Assembly (NCBI GenBank): GCA_965243375.1
Contig: CBDEUT010000008.1
Coordinates: 872,560 to 936,559 of the forward strand
DNA: 64,000 bases
Reading direction: 5' to 3'
Source of the DNA: Alphaproteobacteria bacterium
GTDB lineage: Bacteria; Pseudomonadota; Alphaproteobacteria; UBA828
The notes under the pieces are model-generated. The model saw nothing but the letters and a program-made list of their open reading frames with translations, did no database searches and was not told the origin of the DNA. How positions within the stretch are numbered: position 1 is the stretch's first letter; every line of letters starts with the position of its first letter. The position numbers and the translations under genes are program-made. Shown here one piece after another: positions 42,138 to 54,278 of this stretch.

Positions 42138-42225
42138 GATGGGAAGACATCAACGCCGGCGCCGGCGACTGTCAAGACAGCAGTGCCGGCCTAAACGGTC
42201 GGACGGCGAGCGCCCGACCGCCGGA

Positions 42226-44268
<2,043 letters not shown>

Positions 44269-44433
44269 TCACGTCGTCGGCAGCGCCAACGCGAGGCGAC
44301 CCACCGCCGGGCAGGTTCGACCGGCGGAGCCGCACGATCCTGCCGGCGCCCGCGCCGCAGCCCGCAGAACCGGGATCGCGACGTGCTATCGTCCGAAGGC
44401 TAAGAGGCCGTCCGTCAGCGCGGGATATCGACG

Positions 44434-45549
44434 ATGCGCACGAGCACAAACTTTCTGAACGAGCAGGCGTGGCGGTACTTCTGGCACCCGGTGTGCACGG
44501 TTGCGGAACTGCGCGCCGCGGCGGCAGACGGGAACCGGCCGCTCGCCGTAACCCTGCTGGGCGAGAGGCTGGCGGTGGCGGAGATCGGGGGCCGCGTTGC
44601 AGCGTTCGAGGACCGTTGCATCCACCGCTCGACGAAGCTCACGGTGGGACGCGTCGAATCCGGAGGACTGCGCTGCGCGTATCACGGATGGCTCTACGGA
44701 GCGGACGGGCGGTGCCGGGAGATTCCCTCGATGCCCGAGCACTCGATTCCCGAAGACTGCAAGGTCGGGGCTCACGACGCGGCCATCGCATACGACCTGG
44801 TCTGGGTGCGGCTCGATTCCTCCCTCGATACCCTAATCCCCGGCTGCCCCGCGTTCGGCGATGCCGCATTTCGCTGCGTGGCCGGCGAGCCCTACACATG
44901 GCCGACGTCGGCGGCTCGGCGGCTGGAGAACTTCGTCGACCTTGCACACTTTCCCTTCGTGCACGACGGCTCGCTCGGCGACCGGCGACAGACACGGGTT
45001 CCCATCGCCAAGGTCGACCGGCTCAACCGGGAGCTGCGATTCCAGTTCGTGCCGTCGCCGGAGATGCAGCTCCCCGGCGTCGCGCTCATGGCGCCTACCG
45101 ACTATCGCCTCTGGGTGCCGTTTACCGTCAATCTCGAGTTCTTCTTCCCCGACGGCGAGCGCAGCCAGCTTTGGATGTCCGCCTCCCCGGTTGAATCTGG
45201 CGTGTGCCGCAGCTTCTGGTTCACCAGCCGGACTGCGGATCGGGATGGATCCGACCAACCGCACCTCGACTTCCAGGCTCTGGTGCTGAGCGAAGACCTG
45301 CCGGTGATCGAGGCGCAGGAGCCGCCCGAGATCCCTGCCCCCGCCGAGGAGTATTCCGTGCTCACCGACAAGGTCTCCATCGCCTATCGCAGGTGGCTCA
45401 AGGAGTTGTCGAGAGCTGCTGACGAGAGCGCGGATGCCCTGGCCCGCTGCCTCGATTCGGTACGCATCGAATCCGACCGGATTTTTGACGACATGCCGCC
45501 TCCCGCTTCAGTGGCAGGCGACGGCGCTTCCGCTTCGGTAGCTGAGTAA
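44434..45549 (+). CDS. Rieske non-heme iron oxygenase alpha subunit (VanA/demethylase-like)
   Basis: DRCIHR...CAYHGW Rieske cluster; ENFVDLAHFPFVH and ED iron ligands. Confidence 0.9.
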   Translation: MRTSTNFLNEQAWRYFWHPVCTVAELRAAAADGNRPLAVTLLGERLAVAEIGGRVAAFEDRCIHRSTKLTVGRVESGGLRCAYHGWLYGADGRCREIPSMPEHSIPEDCKVGAHDAAIAYDLVWVRLDSSLDTLIPGCPAFGDAAFRCVAGEPYTWPTSAARRLENFVDLAHFPFVHDGSLGDRRQTRVPIAKVDRLNRELRFQFVPSPEMQLPGVALMAPTDYRLWVPFTVNLEFFFPDGERSQLWMSASPVESGVCRSFWFTSRTADRDGSDQPHLDFQALVLSEDLPVIEAQEPPEIPAPAEEYSVLTDKVSIAYRRWLKELSRAADESADALARCLDSVRIESDRIFDDMPPPASVAGDGASASVAE

Positions 45550-45608
45550 AGTTGAGACGGCTGCCGCGCGCGGCCGCGGTCGACGGCACGGAAGGGAGCC
45601 GACGGCAG

Positions 45609-45929
45609 ATGGGGAGCGTCGCGTATCACGTCGTGGGCGAAACAGCCCATCTCGGCGAAGGCGAGGTCAAGTGTGTCGTCGTCGAGGGACGGGAGATCGC
45701 GCTCTACAGAATTGCCGGCGAGTTCTTCGCCACCGACGACACCTGCACCCATGCCCACGGCTCCCTGAGCGAGGGATACGTGGAAGGCGAGGAAATCGAA
45801 TGTCCGCTTCACGGCGCCCGCTTCAACATCCGCACCGGCGAAGCGACGTGCCCGCCGGCCACGGAGCCCCTTGCCACCTACGAGGTGAAGGTCGAGGGCG
45901 AGGATATCCTGATCGGCATTCGCGCCTGA
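45609..45929 (+). CDS. Rieske-type ferredoxin
   Basis: CTH...CPLHG, FNIRTG. Confidence 0.92.
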   Translation: MGSVAYHVVGETAHLGEGEVKCVVVEGREIALYRIAGEFFATDDTCTHAHGSLSEGYVEGEEIECPLHGARFNIRTGEATCPPATEPLATYEVKVEGEDILIGIRA

Positions 45930-45982
45930 GCGTCGCCACGGGCGGGCTCCACGGGGCGGTGCCTGCCGACGGTTCGGACTGC

Positions 45983-46972
45983 TCAGGCGAAGAGCGCCTG
46001 GGCCATGAATTTCTTCGCGTCGATGTTGGTGCCGCAGACGATGACCGCCGTGCGCTTGCCCCGAAGCCGGCCTGCGAGCGGGCCGAGCAGCGCGGCCGTT
46101 GCCGCGGCGCCTGCCGGCTCCACGGCGAGCTTCATCTCGGCGAAGAGCAGCCCCATGGCGCGGCGCATGGCCTCGTCGTCGATCGTCACCAGCTCGTCCA
46201 CGTAGCGCCGGCAAAGTCCGAACGAATAAGGGGCGGCATGGGGCGCGCCGAGGCTGTCGGCGATGGTGGCGACCTTGTCGATGGGCTGGGGCGAGCCTGC
46301 GGCGAAGCTGCGGTGCATGGTATCCGCGCCCTCGGGCTCGACACCGTAGACCCGGCACTGCGGCTGCAGGGTCTTGATGGCGCAGGAGACACCGGCGCAG
46401 AGCCCGCCGCCGCCGATGGGCACGACGACCGCATCCAGCGCCGGCACCTGGCGCGCAAGCTCCAGGCCCACGGTCGCGGTGCCGAGCGCTGTCGTTGGCC
46501 CCTCGAAGGGATGGATGAAGGCGCGCCCCTCGTCGGCCTCGATGGCGCGCACGGCCTCGAACGCCGCGTGCACGTCCGGCACCTGCACAAGCTCGGCGCC
46601 GTAGCGGCGCACCTGGGCCACGCGGAAGGGATCGGCGCCCTCCATCATCACCACCTTGGCAGAGGTGCCGACGCCCTGCGCGGCAAAGGCCACCGCGATG
46701 GCGTGGTTGCCGGCGCTCACCGCCGTGACGCCACGCGCGCGCCCCGCCTCGTCGAGAGCCAGCGCGTTGAGCAGCGCGCCCCGCGCCTTGAAGGTGCCGG
46801 TGCGCTGGAACAGTTCGAGCTTGAGGAAGACCGCGCTCTCCGGCCCGAGCGCATCCGAGACTGGGGCCGCCCGCCAGCGGTGCACCGGGGTCTCCTCGAT
46901 CAGATCGCCGAGTGTGGCCCGCGCTTCCTCGATCGCCGCAAGGTCCGGCGGGGCCGGGTTCTCCGCCGCCAT
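45983..46972 (-). CDS. threonine/serine dehydratase family PLP enzyme
   Basis: KLELFQRTGTFKARGA, SAGNHA, HPF, GGGGL, EPAGA. Confidence 0.9.
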   Translation of the reverse strand: MAAENPAPPDLAAIEEARATLGDLIEETPVHRWRAAPVSDALGPESAVFLKLELFQRTGTFKARGALLNALALDEAGRARGVTAVSAGNHAIAVAFAAQGVGTSAKVVMMEGADPFRVAQVRRYGAELVQVPDVHAAFEAVRAIEADEGRAFIHPFEGPTTALGTATVGLELARQVPALDAVVVPIGGGGLCAGVSCAIKTLQPQCRVYGVEPEGADTMHRSFAAGSPQPIDKVATIADSLGAPHAAPYSFGLCRRYVDELVTIDDEAMRRAMGLLFAEMKLAVEPAGAAATAALLGPLAGRLRGKRTAVIVCGTNIDAKKFMAQALFA

Positions 46973-46976
46973 CGCG

Positions 46977-47768
46977 CTACCGCCCCTGGAAGCGCGGCGC
47001 GCGCTTCTCGACGAACGCCTGCACCGCCTCGCGGTGATCGTCGGTGGAGCCGAGCACGCCATAGGTGGCGGAGGCCCGATCCAGCCCGGCGCGCAGATCG
47101 CCGCCGATGCCGTCCCGCACCAGCCGCTTGATGGCGCGGATGGCGAGAGTCGGGCCGTCCGCGAGGCGACGCGCGAGGTCCAAGGTCTGGGGCATCAGCT
47201 CGTCGTCCGCGAAAACCCGGTTGACGAGGCCGATGCGCTCGGCCTCCGCCGCGTCGATGGCATCGCCGGTCCACAGCAGCTCCAGCGCCTTGGCCTGGCC
47301 CACCAGCCGCGGCAGCCAATGGGCGCCGCCGGCGCCGGGCGCGAGCCCGACCCTGACATAGGTCTCGGCGAACTTCGCCGAGGCCGCGGCGAAGCGCAGG
47401 TCCATCGCAAGTGCGAGGTCGAGACCGGCGCCGATGGCCGCACCGTTGATCGCCGCGATCACCGGCTTGTCCATGTCGGCGAGGGCGAGCGGGATGCGGT
47501 GCACGTGCTCGCCGATGGTTGCCCGCTGCTCGGCCGGCGCCTGCTCCAGCCCCTCCCCCATCAGCTCCTTGATGTCGCCGCCGCTGCAAAAGGCCTTGCC
47601 GGCGCCGGTCACCACCAGCACGTGCACGTCCTCGCGGTCGCGACAGTCGGCGAGGGCGGCAGCCCAGGCGTCGATCATGGTGCGGGTAAAGGCGTTTCGC
47701 CGCTCGGGCCGGTTGAGCGTGATCGTCGCGATACGCTCTGCGACCTCCAGGCGGATCTCGTCGCTCAC
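46977..47768 (-). CDS. enoyl-CoA hydratase/isomerase family protein
   Basis: ITLNRPERRNA, AFCSGGD, KPVIAAING.A.GAG; GTG start overlapping the upstream stop. Confidence 0.9.
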   Translation of the reverse strand: MSDEIRLEVAERIATITLNRPERRNAFTRTMIDAWAAALADCRDREDVHVLVVTGAGKAFCSGGDIKELMGEGLEQAPAEQRATIGEHVHRIPLALADMDKPVIAAINGAAIGAGLDLALAMDLRFAAASAKFAETYVRVGLAPGAGGAHWLPRLVGQAKALELLWTGDAIDAAEAERIGLVNRVFADDELMPQTLDLARRLADGPTLAIRAIKRLVRDGIGGDLRAGLDRASATYGVLGSTDDHREAVQAFVEKRAPRFQGR

Positions 47769-48787
47769 GGGCTCACTCCTTCTTCTGGTGCCGCGCTGCC
47801 ACCGGCGGTGACCATCGTGGGCCAGAGCGCCGCGCCGCCGCCCCGCGCGGTCTCGGCGCCGAGCACCCGCCACCAATGGGCCTCGTTGCCGCACTCGTCG
47901 CGCCACGCCCAGAGCCGCTTGGTCCAGATGTGCAGGTCGTGCTCGGCGGTGTAGCCGATAGCGCCGTGCACCTGGTGCGCGAGGCGGGCGACGGTGCCCG
48001 CCGCCTGGCTCGCCCGCGCCTTGGCGGCGGCGAAGGCAAAGGGGGTGCCCGCCTCGGCAGCCGCGTCCACCGCCGCCCCGGTGGCCGCCGCCTCGCCCGC
48101 CATCTCGGCAAGATAGTGCTGGATCGCCTGGAAGCGCGCCAGCGGCCGGCCGAACTGCACGCGATCGTGCGCGTAGCCCACGCTCATGGCGAGCACTTGC
48201 TCCATCGCGCCCCGCAGCTGGGCGGCGCGGGCGAGGGCCATCAGCGCGAAGCCGTCCACCTCGGGCGGCAAGGCGGCAAAGCGGTCCGGCGGGCCGGCAA
48301 GCGTGACGTCGTCGCGCGGCTCGCCGGCCAGGTTGGCGCCTTCGCTGACATCGACCGGCTTGCACGAGGCCAGCCCCTCGCCTGGAACGGCGACCACGAT
48401 GGCGGAGGTGAAGCGCGCCCACGGGACTCGCGGCAGGGCAGCGGCGTCGCTAGTGCCCGCTCTATCCGCCAGAGCGTGCACGGCAAGCGGGCCGTCCGGC
48501 GCCTCGGTGCCCGCCGCATGGCAGAGAAGCCCGCCCACCAGCGCCTCCGCGACCGGAATTGGCGCGGCATGACGGCCTGCCGCGCGCAGCACCGCGAGCC
48601 CAGCCGCGAGGCCGGCGCCGCCCGCCTCCTCCGGCAATGCCGCCTGCGCCAGCCCGGTCTCGGCAAAGGCCTGCCAGAGCCGTTCCGGCCAGGAGCCTTC
48701 GGCGAGCGCCGCGCGCGCGGCCTCGCTCTCCGCCGCGAACAGGTCGTCGGCCGTCTGCTCGACCAGGCGCGCCGTGTCGTCGCTCAT
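47765..48787 (-). CDS. acyl-CoA dehydrogenase, short partner subunit
   Basis: RVQFGRPLARFQAIQH, HQVHGAIGYT.EH. Confidence 0.87.
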   Translation of the reverse strand: MSDDTARLVEQTADDLFAAESEAARAALAEGSWPERLWQAFAETGLAQAALPEEAGGAGLAAGLAVLRAAGRHAAPIPVAEALVGGLLCHAAGTEAPDGPLAVHALADRAGTSDAAALPRVPWARFTSAIVVAVPGEGLASCKPVDVSEGANLAGEPRDDVTLAGPPDRFAALPPEVDGFALMALARAAQLRGAMEQVLAMSVGYAHDRVQFGRPLARFQAIQHYLAEMAGEAAATGAAVDAAAEAGTPFAFAAAKARASQAAGTVARLAHQVHGAIGYTAEHDLHIWTKRLWAWRDECGNEAHWWRVLGAETARGGGAALWPTMVTAGGSAAPEEGVSP

Positions 48788-48794
48788 CGGCCCC

Positions 48795-49952
48795 TCACCG
48801 GACACCCAGGCCGCGCGCGATGATCGAGCGCAGCACCTCGTTGGTGCCGCCACGCAGGGTGAACGACGGCAAACCCAGCAGCGTCGCGCCCAGCGCGGAT
48901 TCGAGCGAGGGCGCGTTGGCGCTTCCCCCCGCGACCGGCTCCAGCGGCACGGCGCGGCGCAGCGTCTCCGCAACCTCGGCCTCGAAGCGGGTGCCCATGT
49001 CCTTGACGATGGCGGCCTCGACGTCCGGAAACTCTCCTCGCTCCAACTGGCCGGCGACCGCGAGGGACATGGCGCGGAGCGCGTAAAGCTCCGCCGTGAG
49101 CCGTCCGATCGCCTCGGCGAGCCGGGGCTCGGGCGCAGGGCCGGCCGCCTCGACCAGCGCGGCGAACAGATGGAAGGTGCTGAGGATGCGCTCGGGCCCG
49201 CTCCGCTCCAGCGCGAGCTCGCCCGTGACCTGACGCCAGCCGTCGCCCTCCTGCCCGATCAGCCGGTCGGCAGGAATCGTCACGTCCTCGAAGACACATT
49301 CGTTGAAGTCGTGCTTGCCGGCCAGGTTGACGATGGGGCTGACCCGCACGCCGTCGGCTTCGAGGTCGATCAGGAATTGGCTGAGCCCCTCGTGGCGGCT
49401 CTCTCCGGCCGGCCCCGTGCGGCAGAGCGCGATCATGTACTGCGAGCGGTGCGCGTTGCTGCTCCACACCTTGGTGCCGTCGATGCGCCAGCCGTCCGCC
49501 GTCCGCTCCGCGCGGGTGCGCACCGAGGCGAGATCGGAGCCGGAATCGGGCTCGCTCATGCCGATGGCGAAGTAGCATTCGCCCGCGGCGATTCTGGGGA
49601 GGATCGCCTGGCGCTGTTCCTCGCTGCCGAAGCGCAGCAGCAGCGGGCCGCTCTGTCGGTCCGCCACCCAGTGGGCGTAGACCGGCGCGCCGGCCGCCAG
49701 CAGCTCCTCGATCACGACGTAGCGCTCGAGCGCCGAGCGTTCGTGTCCGCCGTAGCGCCTGGGCCAGCACATGCCGATCCAGCCCCGCGCACCGAGCGAA
49801 CGGCTGAACGAGGCCGACCACTCCGAGCCGAAGTCGGAATCGGGCCGCCAGCCCTCGGCCTCCTGCGACTCCGCAAGGAACGCCCGGACCTCGGCGCGCA
49901 GCGCGTCGGTGCCGGGCGGCATCGCCGGCGGCGGGAAATCGAATCCGGTCAC
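48795..49952 (-). CDS. acyl-CoA dehydrogenase
   Basis: IGMSEPDSGSDLA, GTKVW, FNECVF, LALERS, GGTNEV; start uncertain (GTG 49952 or ATG 49994). Confidence 0.9.
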   Translation of the reverse strand: MTGFDFPPPAMPPGTDALRAEVRAFLAESQEAEGWRPDSDFGSEWSASFSRSLGARGWIGMCWPRRYGGHERSALERYVVIEELLAAGAPVYAHWVADRQSGPLLLRFGSEEQRQAILPRIAAGECYFAIGMSEPDSGSDLASVRTRAERTADGWRIDGTKVWSSNAHRSQYMIALCRTGPAGESRHEGLSQFLIDLEADGVRVSPIVNLAGKHDFNECVFEDVTIPADRLIGQEGDGWRQVTGELALERSGPERILSTFHLFAALVEAAGPAPEPRLAEAIGRLTAELYALRAMSLAVAGQLERGEFPDVEAAIVKDMGTRFEAEVAETLRRAVPLEPVAGGSANAPSLESALGATLLGLPSFTLRGGTNEVLRSIIARGLGVR

Positions 49953-50029
49953 GGTGCGCGGCGCCCTACCAGATCTCGCCGAGGACGCGGCCATCGCCGC
50001 GCCCTCCGGGATACGGCGCACCCAAGAGT

Positions 50030-50076
50030 TAGGTGAGATTGTCCGGGATTAAGTGGGATGAGCGGGACAAGTGAGA
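50030..50076 (+). repeat. degenerate TAAGTGGGA-like tandem repeat (about 5 units)
   Basis: TAGGTGAGA TTGTCCGGGA TTAAGTGGGA TGAGCGGGA CAAGTGAGA. Confidence 0.5.
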
Positions 50077-50115
50077 TGTCGCTGAAGTCCGTGTGCACTT
50101 GTGGGACCCACGACA

Positions 50116-50210
50116 CGTCATGGCCGGGCTTGTCCCGGCCATCCACGTGGTCACTCAGCCACCGACGGTGCTGGCGGAGAGAGATGCCCGGATCAAGTCC
50201 GGGCATGACG
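50116..50210. repeat. GTCAT...ATGAC palindromic repeat, copy 2 (intact)
   Basis: CGTCATGGCCGGGCTTGTCCCGGCCATCCAC...GATGCCCGGATCAAGTCCGGGCATGACG. Confidence 0.88.
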
Positions 50211-50308
50211 GTGTGAAAGGGTGGCGCCGACGAGAGCACACTCGGAACGAACCGCATGAGGCCTCGAAAAACGAGACACCAACAATGTTCGCCCCTGGCG
50301 ACAGAGGG

Positions 50309-51361
50309 TCAGCCACCAAAGATCTCGGCGTAGCGGGCGAGCTTGGCGCGCCAGGCCGCGTTGTCGAGAATCTCGCGGTTGACCACGGCGGGCGGCACCT
50401 CGCCCTGCTTCAGCGCCTTGCAGGCAATGACGTCGCCGGCGCCGAGTCCCGCGAAGCACTGGTCGGTCCAGGCCAGCGCGTGCGGCGAGAGGACCACGTT
50501 GTCGAGCTTGAGGATGGGGTCGTCCGCGTCCGGCGGCTCGGGGTCGAGCACATCGAGGCCGGCGCCGGCGATCCGCCCCTCCTGCAGCGCCGCGGTGAGC
50601 GCCTTCTGGTCGACCGTGCCGCCGCGCGAGGTGTTCACCAGATAGGCCGTGGGCTTCATCATGCCGATGAGGCGCCCGTCCACGATGTGGCGGGTCTCGT
50701 CGCTCAAGAAGCAGTTGACCGTCAGGATGTCCGACTCCCGGCAGAGCGTGTCGAGATCGACCATCTTCACGCCCAGCTCCTCCGCCACCGCCGGGTCGGC
50801 GTAGGGGTCGCAGGCCATGAAGTTCATGTCGAACGGCTTGGCCAGGCGGAACATCTCCGCCCCGATGTTGCCGATGCCGACGGAGCCCAGTGTCTTGCCG
50901 ACGATGCCCACCCCCATATGGCCGGACCTCTTGGCGAAGCCGGCCGGGCCTTCGACGGTCAGCTGGTGCTTGATGAGGAGCTTGCAGGTGACCGCGAGGA
51001 TCAGCGCGATGATGGCGACCGCGACCGGCCGGCGCACACCGTCCGGCGTGATGACCAGGCAGATGCCGTTGTCGGTGCAGGCCTGCACGTCCACGCTGTC
51101 GTAGCCGACGCCGAAGCGCGCCACCATGGCGAGCCTGCCGTCGGCCGGCACGCTGGAGCGCTCGAAGCGCTGGGCCAGCAGGATCAGCGCGTCGTGGCCT
51201 GCGAGCTCCTCCGCGTCCACCGGCCCGTCGCTGTTCTTGAGGTAGCTCCACTCGATGTCGGGATCGTCGTCGAGCGGCCCCCGGTCGAACATGGGGAAGA
51301 GCGGCTCGCCCTCCGGTGTGAGATAGTCCGCGCTCAGTGCGATTCTGAACTTTTCAGCCAT
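50309..51361 (-). CDS. D-isomer 2-hydroxyacid dehydrogenase
   Basis: RFGVGYDSVD, VGIGNIG, VNTSRG, GAGLDV..EP, LSPH. Confidence 0.9.
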   Translation of the reverse strand: MAEKFRIALSADYLTPEGEPLFPMFDRGPLDDDPDIEWSYLKNSDGPVDAEELAGHDALILLAQRFERSSVPADGRLAMVARFGVGYDSVDVQACTDNGICLVITPDGVRRPVAVAIIALILAVTCKLLIKHQLTVEGPAGFAKRSGHMGVGIVGKTLGSVGIGNIGAEMFRLAKPFDMNFMACDPYADPAVAEELGVKMVDLDTLCRESDILTVNCFLSDETRHIVDGRLIGMMKPTAYLVNTSRGGTVDQKALTAALQEGRIAGAGLDVLDPEPPDADDPILKLDNVVLSPHALAWTDQCFAGLGAGDVIACKALKQGEVPPAVVNREILDNAAWRAKLARYAEIFGG

Positions 51362-51377
51362 AACCTGTTGATCTCCC

Positions 51378-52178
51378 TTATCTCTTCGGCCGCCGCCGGC
51401 CTCGCTTGCATTGGGCACGCAGGCCCTCTGCACCCTCGCGCATCGCCTGCTGCAACAGCCAGACATCGCCCGAGTAGCAGATGAAGTCGAACCCTTCCTT
51501 GAACAGCGCCACGCCGGTCTCGACGTTGGGCACGAGCCTCCCTAAGGACTTGTTGTGCTGCTTCGCCGCGTTCGCGATCCGCGCCACCGCCGCGACAAAG
51601 TCCGGGTGGTCGAACTGGCCGGCGATGCCCATGGAGACCGAGAGGTCGAAGTGGCCGATCCAGAGCACGTCCACGTCCTCGATCGCCGCGATGTCGTCGA
51701 CGTTCTCGACCCCCTCGCCGGTCTCGATCAGGGCGACGAAGGTGCAGCGCCGGTTGGCGCCCCGCAGCTTCTGCTTCACGTCGCCCGGCGCGTAGCGGTC
51801 GTGCGCGATCTGCAGCGCGACGCCGCGCTCGCCGTCCGGCGCGTACTTGACGTAACTCAGCAGCTCCCGCGCCGCCTTCGCCGAGCCCACCATCGGCAGC
51901 ATGATGCCCTCGGCCCCCATATCCATGGCGCGCGCCGCGTGGTGGTACTCGCGCGAGGGCACCCGCACGATCGCCGGCATGTCTCCAGCCTGCATGTAGC
52001 GCAGCATCTGCTTCACCGTGTCGAAGCCGAAGCCCGAATGCTCCATGTCGAGCAGCACGTACTCGCAGCCGGCGGCCTTCAGGATCTGGCCGATCCCCGG
52101 CGTGCTGAACTCGACCAGGAACGTGCCGACCTTGAGCCGGCCGTGGCGGGACATCTCCTTGAGGGCGAATTCTGTCAT
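51378..52178 (-). CDS. HpcH/HpaI class II aldolase
   Basis: LDMEHS, AIVRVP, DMGAEGIMLPMV, IET, WIGHFDLS. Confidence 0.9.
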   Translation of the reverse strand: MTEFALKEMSRHGRLKVGTFLVEFSTPGIGQILKAAGCEYVLLDMEHSGFGFDTVKQMLRYMQAGDMPAIVRVPSREYHHAARAMDMGAEGIMLPMVGSAKAARELLSYVKYAPDGERGVALQIAHDRYAPGDVKQKLRGANRRCTFVALIETGEGVENVDDIAAIEDVDVLWIGHFDLSVSMGIAGQFDHPDFVAAVARIANAAKQHNKSLGRLVPNVETGVALFKEGFDFICYSGDVWLLQQAMREGAEGLRAQCKRGRRRPKR

Positions 52179-52230
52179 GTGCTCCTACCTTTTCGATCCG
52201 TCGGAATGCTCTGTCGGCGGCCGCTTGGGC

Positions 52231-54210
52231 CTAGGCGCCGAGCTCGATGCGTGAGACCGCGAACGGCGCAAGCTCGACTCGGCTCGGGTCGCCCGGCTCG
52301 CCGAGGGCTGCCGCGAAGCCCGCCGGGTCGGTCACGGCGTCAACGAAGCTGCTCGAATCCAGCCTGCCGATGGTGGCCGTGCCGCCCGAGAGGCCCGAGA
52401 CGGTCACCGTCTGCGGCGTTGGCGTGAGGTTGGCGAGCCAGAGCAGGGTGCCGCCGCCATGCTCGTAGGCGAGGCCCAGCACTTGCGTGGGATCGCCGCT
52501 GGTCACGGCGCGAACCGCCGCCCCCTTTGCCGCCGCCAGCGCCGCCACGATGTGATAGAGCGGCATCACCGCCGGGCCTGAGAGATCGTCGAACCAGGGC
52601 TGCGGGTGCTCGGTCCTGCGGTAGACCATGCCGAGCGCGCCGGAGGGCTGGCCGATCGCCAGCGCTTCCAGGCCGAGCGGCGCCACCCGTGCAGCATAGC
52701 CGAGCGTGAAGGCCGCGCCGAGCAGCGCGCGGTGGCGCGGGTCCTGACGGTTGAAGGAGTAGCGGCCGTTGTCGCCGTTCTGGTGGACGTCCTGCCCGTA
52801 GGGATTGAAGCGCATGCCGATGCCGCTCGGCGCGATGCGGTAGGGCTTGCCGCCGGCCCACGCCTTGGCCGAGGCGACGATGTCCGGCAGCGTCTGCAGG
52901 GTCTCGATTACCGAGCTGTCGTCCGGCTCGTGCACCACGGCGCAGGTGGCGTGGGTGAGGAAGTCGAACAGGTCCGGCGCGGCGACATTGCGGTTGAGCT
53001 CGGTGAAGTTGGTGAAGACGCCGCCGCCGAGCCGCACGCCGGGGAAGGCCGCGCGCGCCGCGCCGTAGACCTCGTCGAAGTCGGGGATGCCGAGGGCCGG
53101 TATCTTCTCCAGGGTGAACTTCAGGAGCCGCGCCTGCTCGGACACGATGGCGTCGGGTGCGAGCCCGGCGCGGCCCGCGATCTCGGCAGCCTGCGCCAGC
53201 TCGTCGGCCACCGGCTGCTCGCAGGGCACCGTAATCTCCAGCACGACCTCGGCATCGAGGGCCTCTGCCAGGCCCCTGCCGGCGGCGAGTGCGTCGACTG
53301 CTTCGGCGTCGCGCGGGTCGCATTCGCAGACGAGGTGCCCCGGCCCCAGCGCCTTCAGCAGGTCGAGCCCGTGCTCGAGGTGGTCGCGCTCCAGGTTGGC
53401 GACGCCGAGCCCGATCTCCGGCATCTGCGTCCCGGTTGCGCCGCCGAGGGCGATCTCGATCGCACCGTCGCCGCCCGCCCCGGTCGCCACGGCCGCCGAG
53501 CCCCCCTCGATGGTGAGGGTCGCGACCTGCCGCAGCCGCTCGCCTGCCGCCAGCGTGTAGGGGAAGGGCAGCGCCAGCGGGCGGTAGTAGGTCTTGTAGG
53601 ACGCATCGGTCCAGTTGCGCTGGTCCTCGGTCTCCCACGGGTCGGCGCCCTCGAAAGCGCAGGTTAGCCAGACACCCGGCGAGACCCGGTGGCGCATGGC
53701 GGCGATGTCGTAGAAGGGCTGCAGCGGCATGATCAGACCGGGGAAGGCGGTCTCCTCCACCGTGTCGTCGCTGTGGGTGATGGCGCAGGCCTCTCCCGCC
53801 ACGCCCTCGATCGCATGCAACGCGACGAAGCCCGTGCGGCTGGTCCTGAACTCGCCTTCCGGCTCGAAGTCCACCGTGAAGACCAGGCTGCGCTCGCTCT
53901 CCGCGACGATCTCGGCCCGGAAGTCGAGCACGCCGTCGGGGGAGTCGATCCGCCCGTCGTAGCCCACGCGAAAGCCGCCGCCCGCCTGCTCGATCTCCAG
54001 GTTGACGATCTCCGGCGAGCGGGTCTCCCAGCCCGCGCCGCGCACGACGAAGGCGAGGCCGCGTAATGCTTCCACACCGCCGTAGCGGATCCAGCGCAGC
54101 TTGCCGGCCTCGAGCGTGGCCGTGAGCGCGCCGGCGGCGAGAGTCCGCGCCTCCGGCCTCTCCTGCTCGGTGCCGTAGAGCTTGAGCGCCTCGCTCGGTG
54201 CCGTGGTCAT
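52231..54210 (-). CDS. D-apionate lactonase-like protein
   Basis: LYGTE N-terminus, RTGFVALH, ETEDQRNWTDASYKTY.RPLALP.PY, GGG.FTNFTELNR, RFNPYG, DPRHR; resembles ApnL as recalled. Confidence 0.75.
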   Translation of the reverse strand: MTTAPSEALKLYGTEQERPEARTLAAGALTATLEAGKLRWIRYGGVEALRGLAFVVRGAGWETRSPEIVNLEIEQAGGGFRVGYDGRIDSPDGVLDFRAEIVAESERSLVFTVDFEPEGEFRTSRTGFVALHAIEGVAGEACAITHSDDTVEETAFPGLIMPLQPFYDIAAMRHRVSPGVWLTCAFEGADPWETEDQRNWTDASYKTYYRPLALPFPYTLAAGERLRQVATLTIEGGSAAVATGAGGDGAIEIALGGATGTQMPEIGLGVANLERDHLEHGLDLLKALGPGHLVCECDPRDAEAVDALAAGRGLAEALDAEVVLEITVPCEQPVADELAQAAEIAGRAGLAPDAIVSEQARLLKFTLEKIPALGIPDFDEVYGAARAAFPGVRLGGGVFTNFTELNRNVAAPDLFDFLTHATCAVVHEPDDSSVIETLQTLPDIVASAKAWAGGKPYRIAPSGIGMRFNPYGQDVHQNGDNGRYSFNRQDPRHRALLGAAFTLGYAARVAPLGLEALAIGQPSGALGMVYRRTEHPQPWFDDLSGPAVMPLYHIVAALAAAKGAAVRAVTSGDPTQVLGLAYEHGGGTLLWLANLTPTPQTVTVSGLSGGTATIGRLDSSSFVDAVTDPAGFAAALGEPGDPSRVELAPFAVSRIELGA

Positions 54211-54278
54211 GTCCCCTTCCCTGCCCCGATCCGGTCCGGGTCGTTATAGCAGCGCAAGCAGCCCTCGGCACCGGGCGC

